64,000 nucleotides of DNA, from positions 682,001 through 746,000 of the forward strand of contig CAJFCJ010000002.1 of NCBI GenBank assembly GCA_904063045.1, given 5' to 3'. The notes under the pieces were generated by a model. The model saw only the letters and a list, made by a program, of their open reading frames with translations, made no database searches and was not told the DNA's origin. A program made the position numbers and the translations under genes. This DNA comes from Dimorphilus gyrociliatus. Taxonomy: Eukaryota; Animalia; Annelida. Shown one piece after another: positions 32,301 through 44,462 of this stretch. The first letter of the stretch is position 1; each line of letters begins with the position of its first letter.

Positions 32301-33652
32301 ACCCCAACCAAAATCAGATAAAATTGGCAATTTATTGTAACTTCTCTGTATATTATTTAATATGACATACGAACATATGAGATCAATTTCTAATTGTTTC
32401 TCCTTGTCAATACCAAATAAGTCTAGTCGGTATTTACCCCTACTTGGAAATCTTACAAAAAAGGTTAACTTTTCGCTTGTTAATTGAAATAGTACAGAAT
32501 CAGAAATTTTTTCAGTGGGTAAGTTACATTTGTATAAAACAAAAGTAAACAAATGACTTGCACTAAAAGTTTTTAAAGAAGAAAATTCAAATTTCATTCC
32601 CAAATCGCTTTCTACTCTATCTGCTATGATTACAGCTTCTTTATAGCTTCCTTCGCTGAAAGTCATGTTCATCTCAAAAAATCGTTCTCTAACGTAGGGT
32701 AGGTTCTCAAATAATTTTCTTGATATAGCTGTTGGTAGCAGTTGCCATCTAAAGTCCTTAGGTAAATGAGTACAAACGAATAAATCAGGATCTGTTAGAA
32801 AATAAAAATCTCTGATTCTCTGGCCAGAGTGAGTGTTCTTTTTTTTTACAAGCCCCACTGAATCCATAAAATTCAGACTACCGTTTCCAATAGGGCTTGA
32901 TTGAGTGTGTGACAATGCACTTGACGCCCATCCGGCATCTAAAAACAAGATATTATAAATATATAAAACAAATATAAACAAGTTTTTTAACCTATTAGGA
33001 AGTATTGCTCATTGACATATACAGCATTCCATTCACAACATAAAGAATTCCAATCAATGGATGATCCATAATGATAATTGATATTTTTACTATGGCCTTT
33101 TATGATGACACATGGAATTCCAATTGCTCTATATAGATATTCGTAAATCGTAAATACACAAAAGATGGCGTAATCTTATACAAACCTGCACAGGAGAGCA
33201 AATATCCGAGCATGATTATTTAATCCTTCGCCAATTTGCAGAAGGTGATAAATTGGTGAGTTATAGTCTTCCTCCAAAGCGGGCTTTTTCAACTCATTAC
33301 TTAAGTTTTTTACAGCTGTTGAATCAATTTGAACCAGCCAAGAAAAGAGGCAACTTAATTTCTCGAAATCATTGTGAGCTGATTTCGCTAGAAACTTTGC
33401 TAAAACCTCAAAACTTTTTGTAAAATATATACTGGGAACTGAATTTATGTCAAATTTTCTTAGTCTCTGTACTTTCAATTGTTTCTTTCTCCTTTTTGGA
33501 ACTTTTGGGGAAGGGTAATTCGATGGAAAGTCCTATAAAAACTTAAGTTATATTAAAATCATTAAATGAAACGAACACTGAGCTACTTCAAGATTAATTC
33601 CTTGAAAACTGGGATACTCTTTCACTGATTCTCGGCTTAGGCAATTCCCCAT
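29344..33652 (-). CDS. KY/hillarin-like transglutaminase-fold protein with N-myristoylation motif, Ig-like repeats, helical region and dynein-MTBD-like C-terminus
   Basis: Start MGNCLSRE (33652); then EKLSCLFSWL, HARIFALLCRAIGIPCVIIKGHSK, EWNAVYV..QYFLIDAGWA, FYFLTDPDLFVCTHLP...WQLL, FFVRFPSRGKYRLDLFG. Minus-strand exons continue in frame to a TAG at 29344. Confidence 0.85.
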
Positions 33653-35725
33653 ACCGAATTCTTATTATAAATAATAAAGTAAACAGAAATATTCGAAATA
33701 TCCAAATTTTTGATCAAGTGAACTAAAGCCTTCAGTAGGTATTAGATTTTTTCTGCATAGTGCCAGTATTTAAAGTTTATTGATTTCAACTGATCATGTA
33801 ATCTCAGTATATAATCCGTTGAATAAGATTAATATTGCAATGATAAATATCTGACAAAGGACACTTAATAATTATAAGTATGAAATTTTCAGTAATAGGG
33901 CTCTTTTGACGGATTTTAAATTTCAAAACTTGAAGTAGTTACAAAGACAGTTATTTATTTATGTAAAAGGGTGAATAAATATAATTATTTATAACCCGTA
34001 GAAAAGGAAGTGAGCTAAGACTTTGTGATTGAAAGATTATGGTACGAAATTGAATTGTAAATGTATTTGTTTAATATTTAAACTTTGTTTGTTAGTACAA
34101 TGTCTAGATTTATCCGGCCATTACGGAATTAGTGAGATAATTTTTGTATTTCAATTAGGACTATCACTATTTTAGCCGTAATAAAGAATTTTTTGTGGAG
34201 TATCGTTAAAGTGCCATTTTTCTTTTTACCGCTTTAAAGTTGTCAGTGATGTATGATGTCTTAAGTAGTCGGAAAGGGAAAATGGTTAGTGCAAATCAAA
34301 TAGAAGACAGACCCGATAAGAGACATATTCTATAAACAATGTACGATACCGCGTAAAGCGTATGTATGCGAATAAGTTTACTTATTTAGGTATACAATCA
34401 TAATATATAGGTTTATATCTTTTTTATAAATGTCTATGCATAAAAAGGAATTGATAGAAATGTGACACAATTGTAAAACTAAAATAGGGTTAAATTAAAT
34501 GGTAGGGAGCAAAGGTATTGAGGAAGATGAGACACAGACATGTTTACGCCTGGACGCTGGTCAGCAAGTGGTGTACAAATAAGCGCATTTACTTATATAA
34601 ATAAGCATGAAACGCTTAGGAGATTTCCACTGAGAATTCTGATAGGGCTAGTATTCTCTGAAAAAGCATATTTTATCTAAGAATATTGTCATCGCTTATG
34701 GTTTCAAACATCAAAGTCACACTTTCTAAACTTTAATTGACACGGCGCAAAGAGGTGTCAATCTAACGGATAGAAATCAAAGCGTCCTGTTTGCTTTCCG
34801 AATCCTGGAAAGGCAAACAAAATTGTCAGAGCAGGGCAAGGATGAAAGAAAAGGGAACAGCTAAAAAACTCAAAGAGGGCAAGGCGACCAACGTCGATTA
34901 CAAACATCTTTTAAGAGCTAACAATTCACACAATTAAATGCAGCAAAAAAACTGCACTCAAATTACAGCCCACAAGGGCAACATTTTTAGACAAGCTAGG
35001 CCTGGGAAACCACCAACTTTAAAGGTTCACCAGAAAAATTTAGTACTTTTTTACAGCTTGTCCGGAAATTTATGATCCTCGTTCCATTTTCTTTTAAATT
35101 CATTACATATGTAACTGTCGTTCATAATTATAAGAATTCTGTTACAAACTGTAATAAAATTTTTATGTAAACTGTCTGGACAATTAAGAAGACATTAAAG
35201 GAATATATGATACATATTAAATCGCGTTTTCACCCCACAAATACATAGTCCATAGATTTTTGATATGTTTATATTATTTACTTCATTTTGACGTTTGACA
35301 TCTGTTAACAGGAAGATAATTTGATATCTAAACGTCCAATCGAAACTACGCGTCACCTTCAGAGTGAAGACAAACGTAATTTCCAGATTTAATTCGCTGC
35401 GACAGAATGTTAGCTAGATCTTGAGAATACTCCCATTGTATTTTATTTAGTTCATGCTAGAGCAAAAATAAGCCTACGTTTAACGTGTACAGTTTGGCCG
35501 ATATTAAAGTAATAATCTTTTCTTATGTAAGCTTTCTCATAAAGCATCTACATTTTCGTGATCATTTTTTGCGTTGAAACAGAACGTACAAGGCTAAAAT
35601 CGCAAGGTCGAGATAAATCTGAGTATTGTACCCTCTAGTGATGCCGTTTTCGTATACTTTAAAGAAAAAAACTCAGCCGAGAGCGACTCCTATTATCAGC
35701 CTTATCGGATAAGTTTGCCGGTAGC

Positions 35726-35753
35726 CTCCGCCCCTTTAGCCAATTCTGATTGG
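35726..35753 (+). promoter_or_regulatory. GC box plus two CCAAT boxes upstream of SoxF
   Basis: CTCCGCCCC (35726-35734), CCAAT (35740-35744) and ATTGG (35749-35753) cluster 60-90 nt before the ATG in AT-rich DNA. Confidence 0.5.
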
Positions 35754-35813
35754 TTGGTAAAATGATAACGTATAAGGTCTACTTGCCCGACATTTTTCAG
35801 AATACTTTCGAAT

Positions 35814-38800
35814 ATGATAGAGAGTAGAGTGAACGCTCAATCAAATATGAATGCACGAATCGACTGCTCTCAACTGAATTCTGCTGCTCAAGCTTCAAAC
35901 CAGGGTCATTGTCCACGTTTAACAAACTCTCTTTTTGGAGAAAATAGCTTAGAAGCTTTATTGGGAGAGAAGGAGGAGAGTAGAGTGCAAACTTCTTGGA
36001 GTGATTCTGGAAGAACAAGTAAATCTTATGAGTCGAAAGATGCAAGAATCAAGAGACCAATGAATCCATTTATGGTCTGGGCCAAAACAGAGAGAAAGAA
36101 TATGGCCAGCAGGAATCCTGATATTCACAACGCTGAATTAAGCAAGCTTTTAGGTATGTGAGATATTCTATAACCATCAGCTGTGAGTGATTAGGCCGAA
36201 ATTCAATTCGTTTTCTCTTATTCGTAATTTTGAAAAACGAATATATGTCTTTAAATGTTCTATAATTTAAAAAAATTTAGGATTCGAAAAGTTGTCTATT
36301 TTTAACGGTGTAAAGAGGATTTCCAAACAACTTAGATGATTAATCTGTTCTAGATTTTGTTATCACTTTGGGGCGGAGGCGTGCAAATATATAATTTTAA
36401 AAATCATTATCATATTTTATTTCATTATTAAAAAGTATAAAATAAAATGAATTTTATTGGAGAAAAACATTAACAGTTGGAGAAAAAGAGAACAAGTTTG
36501 AGACTTGCGTACTTGTCGCACGCGCGTCCAAGAGTTTACGAAAACATTTACCCGCAGTGTTTCCCAGCTTGATAATTTACGAAAAAAAAGTGTTAGCCCT
36601 GTTATCTTCTATTCATCGTGTTCATTTCGTTGACTCTAAAAGTTGAACGACCATTTCTTAGGGAGTGAAAGAATTGAAAGCAGTAAGGAGAAATATACCA
36701 GAATTTAAACTTAGGGCCATTTAATATGTGTCAGGGTTACAATGTTAAATCCCGCCTGGAACATTTCAGAACCAACTGTGAACTTTTCCTGAAACAGAAC
36801 TTTTCATTGCTAACCTTATCTTTCGCCTTACGCACGACGCAGAAGCGGTCTGAGGCACTTTAAAGTGGACACTAGCTATTTGTTTGCAAAAACTTTCTGT
36901 TTCCGCTAGACAAGACTATGTGAATTTTTTATAGTTACTCTACTTGCATCTATAAGGGCAGTAGCGTTATCGGTCTAGTAGATCCAGATTGCTCAGATCA
37001 GGTGGCGTGTCATACTGCTATCATTACGCCTATGTCATGTCTGTTCACGTGTTCTAATTTGCTCAGCTTGCGTCTTTAACACTGACATCGCAGATTGAAA
37101 ACAATATTTCTAAAAAAGTCATTTTTATGTTACCAGAATAGAAAATTCTTAATGTTAACACAAAGATATTATAATAGATATGTTCGTGGATAAACTGTAT
37201 ATACGACGTATTTTCAGTGATTTACAGCTGCTTTTAGACCGCTTTTTTTATTTTTCTGGCCTATGGTGATGAAGAGCGTATGCTGCTATAAACTTATACG
37301 CATGCATACGCTCGTGCACATATATACACATGTGAACAAACATATTATATTCATACACATTTACTTTCTTTAAATATAGAGAATTCCCTCTTTTTTACGA
37401 AGAAAATGTATAATTTTTTCAACTAAAATTATGAAAAGTTTTGTATTGTTTCTCATAAAGTATATTTGCGTTTTTAAGACAACAGAAGACCTGTTAAAAT
37501 AAAAATGAAATTTTTTGGTTAAAATTTATTTATTTGCTATGTGCTCGCATTATTATAGAATCTCGCTTTCATTAAATAATGTTTAGTAGGAGTCAATAAT
37601 TGATAAAATAAATGATAATCGTACATCTTAATAACGTAAGATGATATTATGTTTGCCTTATCGCTATCTTATCGGTTGAAAGAACTTGTCTGATTAGGAG
37701 GCTGACACGTCCAGTCTAAAATTGTCTTTCGAGCTTGCCTCTGTATCAAATAAGCAATCCATTACATAATTATATTTTTAAATGTTCTCAGTAAAAAGGT
37801 AACGCTAAAAGTTAGGCATCTTTTTATCTTGTAATGTGCCACGCGTTTCGTTAAGGTTTGGTGAATCCGTTTTTGGGTGGTTTGTTTGTGTTACTTTGCG
37901 CGCTTCCCGATTATTTATTTACAAAAGTTTTTTATTAGTCGTAAAGAACATTTATTAAATAAATTATCGTCGCCTATTTCCTTCAGATATTGCAATATGC
38001 ATTATGTGTAGATCGTACTTTCAAATCCCCCGATTATCTGTAGATTTGTAAAATTACTCATAATTGTGTTGATGTTAACGCACGTCGAATAGAAATTCAG
38101 ATGATTTAAATGATGGTAACTTTTTCTAACTACCAGAGATTTGAATTTTCGTTGTAAACATGAAAATTCTTAAAAACTCATAAGAGCAAAGTTTGTCTTC
38201 GACGAGGTCGTAGAGGTTGTACACCACCGTCGAGTGATGTCTTGCAAAGTTCGTGCATCTGTTTGTCAAATGATTAATGCATTTCAACGACCCCTCGTGG
38301 CTTTTTCTCCGTGGGCGTTGTCTTTGTATTCGATTTCAGGTTTTCGTCTTCTTGTTAGGCCTACAAGACAGTTACGTCATTTAATGCTCAGTTCAATTAA
38401 GATAAATTTTCGAACCATTCTTGACATAATTAGAACATTTTTAAAGTTGTAAAGGATCAAAAAATTTCAGTCTCCGTTCTTGACCTAGTTCACTTTATTT
38501 CAGGCCAGAAGTGGAAAAGTATGACACAAGACGAAAAAAAACCTTATATGGATGAAGCAGAGAGGTTAAGAGTGCAGTTGATGCAACGTCATCCTGATTA
38601 CAAATACCGTCCAAAACGACGAAAGCAAGGAAAGCGACGAAGCAAAAGCAAAAAGGCGACTGATAGTAAAGTAAAAGCTCCAACAACTCTCGTAACTCCT
38701 GAGTCCACACCGAATACTTCTCCCTCTTTCAATCGTCACGAACAGTCAATTGCCAGACATTCAACAGAATTAAAAAAGATGCTGTCCTCAACACCTACCA

Positions 38801-39261
38801 GCTTTCTCACCCCGGAACCGTCTCCAATAAAACACAACGATGAATCCTTTCAATACAGGCCAAACGGAACGATTTTTCCTACCTGTGGTTCTTTTAATGA
38901 GCAGCTTGGAAGTTACGCTGGGTTTACAAATCAAAATATGGACATCAACAATAATTTAGACTATGGTACTTCACCACAATATAATGCTATAATGAATGAA
39001 ATTCAAGAATTAGGAGAAATGTATGGTTCATCCGACTCAAGCTCTCCTCGAAATTCTCAAACTTCACCCATTTCAAGTATACATTCTTATATAAAGCAAG
39101 AGGGTCCTTCAGGATCTTTACGACCATCAATTAATTATCACCAGGAACAATTTGAGCATTATCCAGTGAAGAATGAGCCAAGGTACGTTCTAGATTTGCA
39201 ATCACCTCCACCCGAAGCTTTGAAATTTGAGACTTATGCGAATGATTCTTGTTCTTACTAA
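35814..39261 (+). CDS. SoxF: SoxF-group HMG-box transcription factor; exons 35814-36153, 38504-39261
   Basis: The HMG box [37 protein letters not shown]|QKWK...[25 protein letters not shown] has the SoxF-type WAK.ERK...NPD.HNAELSK signature and an intron after LG. Confidence 0.88.
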
Positions 39262-41193
39262 AATATTTTAGAGATGAGAATTGAAAATTCCTTTATAGTT
39301 TTTTACTCATTCTTTGTATAGTTCAGTGAATTATTCATATGATTTAATTTACACTATAGATCTTTTGATACTGTATGGTGTTGAATATGTAAATATACTT
39401 GGACGGTTCATTGCTTTTCTTGATATAAATAGTATGAGGTAATGCCACCTGAATGTTATAAGAAAGAGATGAGAAATTCTATTTTTATTATAGACGTTAG
39501 CTTACAAGAAAACGTATGCATGCAATATGGTGCTACTTTATTACTTAAGTTTAGATAGTTTTTCTATTAAAAAGTTGTAAAAGTACACTATTTAGACTCA
39601 AAAGAATGTAATTTCTTGTTTAAAAATTTGTTTAATTTCTGTCTCTTCAGGACAAAATAATCTGTGTCTGTCTTAGTTTGTCAATAGAGACCTGTCTTCG
39701 TGTCGTCATCACTTTTTCATTTTTTTAATGTTTTCTCTTTTTTACATAAACATTCGTTATAATAATTAAGAATTATCAATAAATTACAAATGTTTAGAAT
39801 AATATTGCTTGAATATTTTTATTTTTTAAGACGAGCGATAAAGATCTCTTCCACCTTTTACATAAGTACTTAGCAACATGGACGAAGTTGCCAATGAATC
39901 GGTGTTGTCAGTAAATGTTTATTAACGACCACTCGATAAGATTTATACAATTATCAAACTACCGTTTTTTTGTGGAAAATCTGAAGCAGACAATATTCGG
40001 ATTTCACGTCAAGAATAGTTTATTGCCATTTTATATTGAACAATTAGTAACGCATGAGAAAAAAATCATCATTTTTTTTATCAAAATTTTAATTTAAATT
40101 ACATATTCTTTCTGTCATCTAAACATATGTTATCACAATTTAATCAATTCTGTATATGACGTAGTGTTTACCTTACATACCGATTAAAAAGATAAGTAGT
40201 TGCCGCCTACCAGACTTTATAGACTAAGAAAGTGATGTAAAAAGTGGTAATGAGCTGTTTTTTCTTTAATTATAAAAACATCGTGCTGTACATAATTGCC
40301 TATAACAAAGATACGCCATCTGTAGGCTTTTTTAGTTAACAGCTACCAAAAGTTTCACTCTCTTGGTCTAAATTTTAGAGCCTGAATTCCAAGACAAATA
40401 TATTTTAAATGATTTTTACACTTTTCAAATAAGAAAGGAGATGTTGACATTCTCTTTTTCAAGAAATGAATTCTGATCAAGTTATTGGGAGGCTTAACAA
40501 AACACTAACGAGATGAACTTAAGTTACCTCTAGATAAGAACCAATTTTCCTAAATATCTTTTTTGCGTCAGAAGCATTAATAAACATAAAAAATGCCTAC
40601 ATTGGGAAACGGAAAACTCACTAAACCGTTCTCGCGAAGGCGCCATGATACTGTGAAAATCAAGCGTTATCAGAGCATTCATCTCTTCCTTAGTGGTATC
40701 ACTATGACTTTCCCTTGAATTGTATTTGTTCTGCGGGATCATTTAGCAAATCTTGTAAGTATTTTACGTGCTCTTTATTATTTAACTGTTACATTATTAT
40801 GGAACAATGAGTCTATGAATATGTAATTAATAGAACATGTCTACATTAGAGATTGGGTCTTAATTAGTAGTTTTATACTTTCTTGTTTTGTTTAATTATT
40901 TATTGGCAAACATATCACCTCGGGTAAGAACTATGCAAACGAAATCGGCTGATTGCTGTATTGACAATAAATTGCTTCAACCGAAACCAGTTGTATTACT
41001 AAAAAAGCGACTACTTATATTGATGATTTGTTCAAAATAAGATTGCTTTGCTAACTAACTAGTGGTGAAGCATTTACTTTTGGTGAAGCAGTTTCTTCGT
41101 ATTTAAGCTATTTTATATTATTTTTTTACCCCTAGGAAAACTCATGCTATATGAGACGTTAACTGGTAAGTTAAAGAGGTAAAAGGCAACGAC

Positions 41194-42310
41194 ATGACTT
41201 GTAAATGGTTCGATAAGCTCTTCATCCTTTCTAAGCTAATTTCGCTGTCTTACTCCGAAAGTTATCCGCCTGGTTATTGCCAGATTTTTAGCTATAACAT
41301 ACAGCATCTTGGCTTAAATGATAAGGACAGTCATTTCTTCGTTTGTTGTAACAATTTGAAAACGAATTGTGAGAGGAACACTTATCAGAAGCCTTCGTTT
41401 TCCGAAAGTAAGTACTAAGTGTTGATTAGAAACAGATGTGAGAAGTCAGTAAGCTAGATTTCTATATACAGGGATTTAAGAATGAGACTAATGGTAGATA
41501 CCTAACTCAAAAGACTTATAAACTTCAAATTTTTTGAACATTTTATAATTAATCTTAAATTCTTAGTATTTTATTATTAAGTAGTATATTTTTATACGCT
41601 TGAAAATTTCCGAGTTTTCATGGAAGTCTTAAATTATTAGCTTTATAGAAGTCACTATTTTCATGACAGAAGTATTTATTGTAAAGACTTTCGGTTCCGA
41701 AACTTGCCATATCAAGCTGTTAAAATAAACTGCGCGATTTTAACAATTAGGTCAGTAAACATAGTCTGTGCACTGTGTTTTTGGAATAAAGAAGAAAAAT
41801 ATCGACTGACAAACAAATCGTAGTTTATGTCTCTCTTCTATAGCTTTGCGATTCTCCCAATGTGTATGTCATTACAATCTTATTATCTAGAGACCAGTTT
41901 ATCTTTGCGTTCATATTTGATGCTTGAGTCAGATGTTTCATTTTTTTCCTTTTAATTAATTCATAAAATGCTTTTTTTTAACGGGTTCGATGAAATCCTG
42001 CTTTATTTTCCTTAAATTTGATATCAATTTTATACTTTCAAATTTTGCGATTCAGATTTCTGTATTGGCCAATTCTTACCTAAAGCTGGTAGTCACTGGA
42101 CAGAAATTGAAAAATCAAGCTTCCTTCAAAATGGTAGATTCTACTGTGGAGATTGTTGTGGACAAAATCTGGCAAAAGAAATCTGTAACTTAAAATATCT
42201 TCGGGCCGTTGACAAGGCGTGTTTCAATTGGGTCGAATGCTTCCAAACGGAGTGCAAAGTTTGTTACTATATCCATAAATTAATTCCATTGATTGTTCTT
42301 GAATAAAATC

Positions 42311-42393
<83 letters not shown>

Positions 42394-44462
42394 GTCAACT
42401 TTCATTAGAAATCTGTGGAAATCCTACTAACTCAAAAGGCTTTAGGATGTAATCTTCAGACCGGTAAACCGTTTCCGCCTGCTCCACCATTAACTAAGAT
42501 GGGACATCACCATCATCATTACAACATAAATAAGAGATCAAGTCAGATTAGTAATTGTGGAGAGCGACATTGCCTTGGCTTAAGTTTGAAACGACGTTGC
42601 AAGTTGAAATGCTGTGGCCTATACTGCTGTTTGACAGTAAGATTAATTTATTTTATACTCGATAGAGGGAGCTCGTATATATGTATTCATTTCATAACTG
42701 GTCCTTTTAGTTCGTTTTAGTAGTCCATGGTCTAAATGAAATAAGTTTTAGTTTGATATGTGAGATTAAAACTATAAGAAGTAGAGGAAAATTCTAAAGA
42801 ATTTTTTCCTGGCTAAGGTCATAGGAGGTTAATTATGTTTCAAAGTCTCATCGTTTGTTGATACTATATCAGTTTAAATCAAATAAAAAAATTCCCCATA
42901 ATCAAATTCCATAGCTATGGCTTAACTTATTTTAATATTCTAATGTGTAAGGAAATTTCAGACCTAATCATCATTTTTTATTATGGAAAACATTGAATTC
43001 TCACACATTTTTTGTTAGGCGTATTTTTTGTCAATACCTACTTTTTTTATAGGCTAGTTGTCCAACAGTAAAATTTCAAGCATGTTATAGTGCTCAGTGA
43101 TATTTAGCCATCTTTTCCTAGGTAAGATAAAATCTTAAGATATGATTCTTTGGCAGAAAATTTTTTCTGTTCCATTTTATTTAAAAGTTTAGTATGAAAT
43201 TCGGTTTAGGAATTGCAGGGAGTTTCTTGAGAACACGTAACCATACTGACGTCAGAGCTTTTTGTTTCCAAACGATGTTTTTAGAGGTTGCGCTTCGTAT
43301 TTCATAGCAAGGTTACGAATTTTGCTCTAATGAAATGGATTTATCTCGACACATGTCAATGTCGGTAGGTATTGTTGGGTACTCTAAATATCAAATCTGC
43401 TTTTTGACAATGTATTTAAATTATGCTAACTTCTAAAATTCCAATATTTCTTGTCAAGAAACGAAAAGAAATTTAATTATAGTTACTGAGTTGTTTTATA
43501 TAATAACTGGATTTGAAGGAGCAAATTCCTGACATTGATTATCTTTATTCGAAACAAAAATTCGTGAATATACCGTAGCTTTCCAAAAAGAAGCATATAA
43601 TTTTTTTTATCCACATCAAGAAAACTTTGCTGTTTTGAGCTACTGAATATATTTTAAACGGTATAAAATTTAATTTTATCCTATACGCTGCTTAATGAGT
43701 AATATTGTATGTTCTTCAAAAGCAATAGTAATTACTATGTGAAAATTTATTTTTATTTATGTTTTTAAGAGAATTATTTCCTTATAGAATAAAATATCAC
43801 CAAGAGAAGAGAAGCATAATCGATTCTGGGGATTGTCATCAGTTCAGGTATTCAATCATGAATTTTATAGTATCAACTTTTGGACCATATCTTAGAAAAA
43901 AACAATATTATAAACTGAGCAGTTAATGTATGGCCAACTTTCTCTCCTAAGAAATGGAGAAGGACATTGGTGTAGTATTGAGAGATTTCCTAACTTCAAG
44001 AAATATTACATTTTAATTATGAAAAAGGGATGACTTAAGGAAATTTCTTATATAAAGTATACTACATTGTTTAAAGTTATTAGAAGGATATGATTCACGA
44101 GTCATATGGTGTCTCATGTTATTCGAATTTAAGACACCTCTCATTGGGACTTAAGACGAATGCATTGAAATGTATAATTGATGCGAACTGTAGGGTATTA
44201 TGCTTATGATGTTTTACAATATTTATCCCCAATATTTGTTCTAATATTTACCACATAATAATTCATTAAATAACCACAGGTAGTCGCCGTTACGATTGGA
44301 GCTGTAGCATTTTTCGTTGCTATAGTTGGACTTACTCTTTTAATAATGAAGAGATGCTCACCTGGCTGTCGGTATCTTAAAACTAACAACAGAAATGACA
44401 CTCAGATTTTAGTTATTGAAGGACCGGATGGTTCTGATGACAGTGATTTTGACAGTCCTTAA
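41194..44462 (+). CDS. Orphan cysteine-rich type I membrane protein, ~295 aa; exons 41194-41407, 42056-42258, 42409-42636, 43788-43847, 44280-44462
   Basis: All five exons join in frame via GT-AG introns. The product has a signal-like N-terminus, a Cys-rich domain, His5, an NKR dibasic site, a CC..CC module, a TM helix VVAVTIGAVAFFVAIVGLTLLIM and an acidic tail. Confidence 0.75.
42311..42387. repeat. (TA)n microsatellite in an intron
   Basis: Near-perfect TA dinucleotide run of about 75 nt. Shorter TA runs occur near 3155, 3537 and 12488. Confidence 0.95.

Noticed and set aside
40593-40718. 41-aa ORF MPTLGNGKLTKPF... before a donor at ~40756
   Set aside because: At most a uORF in a probable 5' UTR exon of the 41194 gene; nothing supports it as an independent gene.
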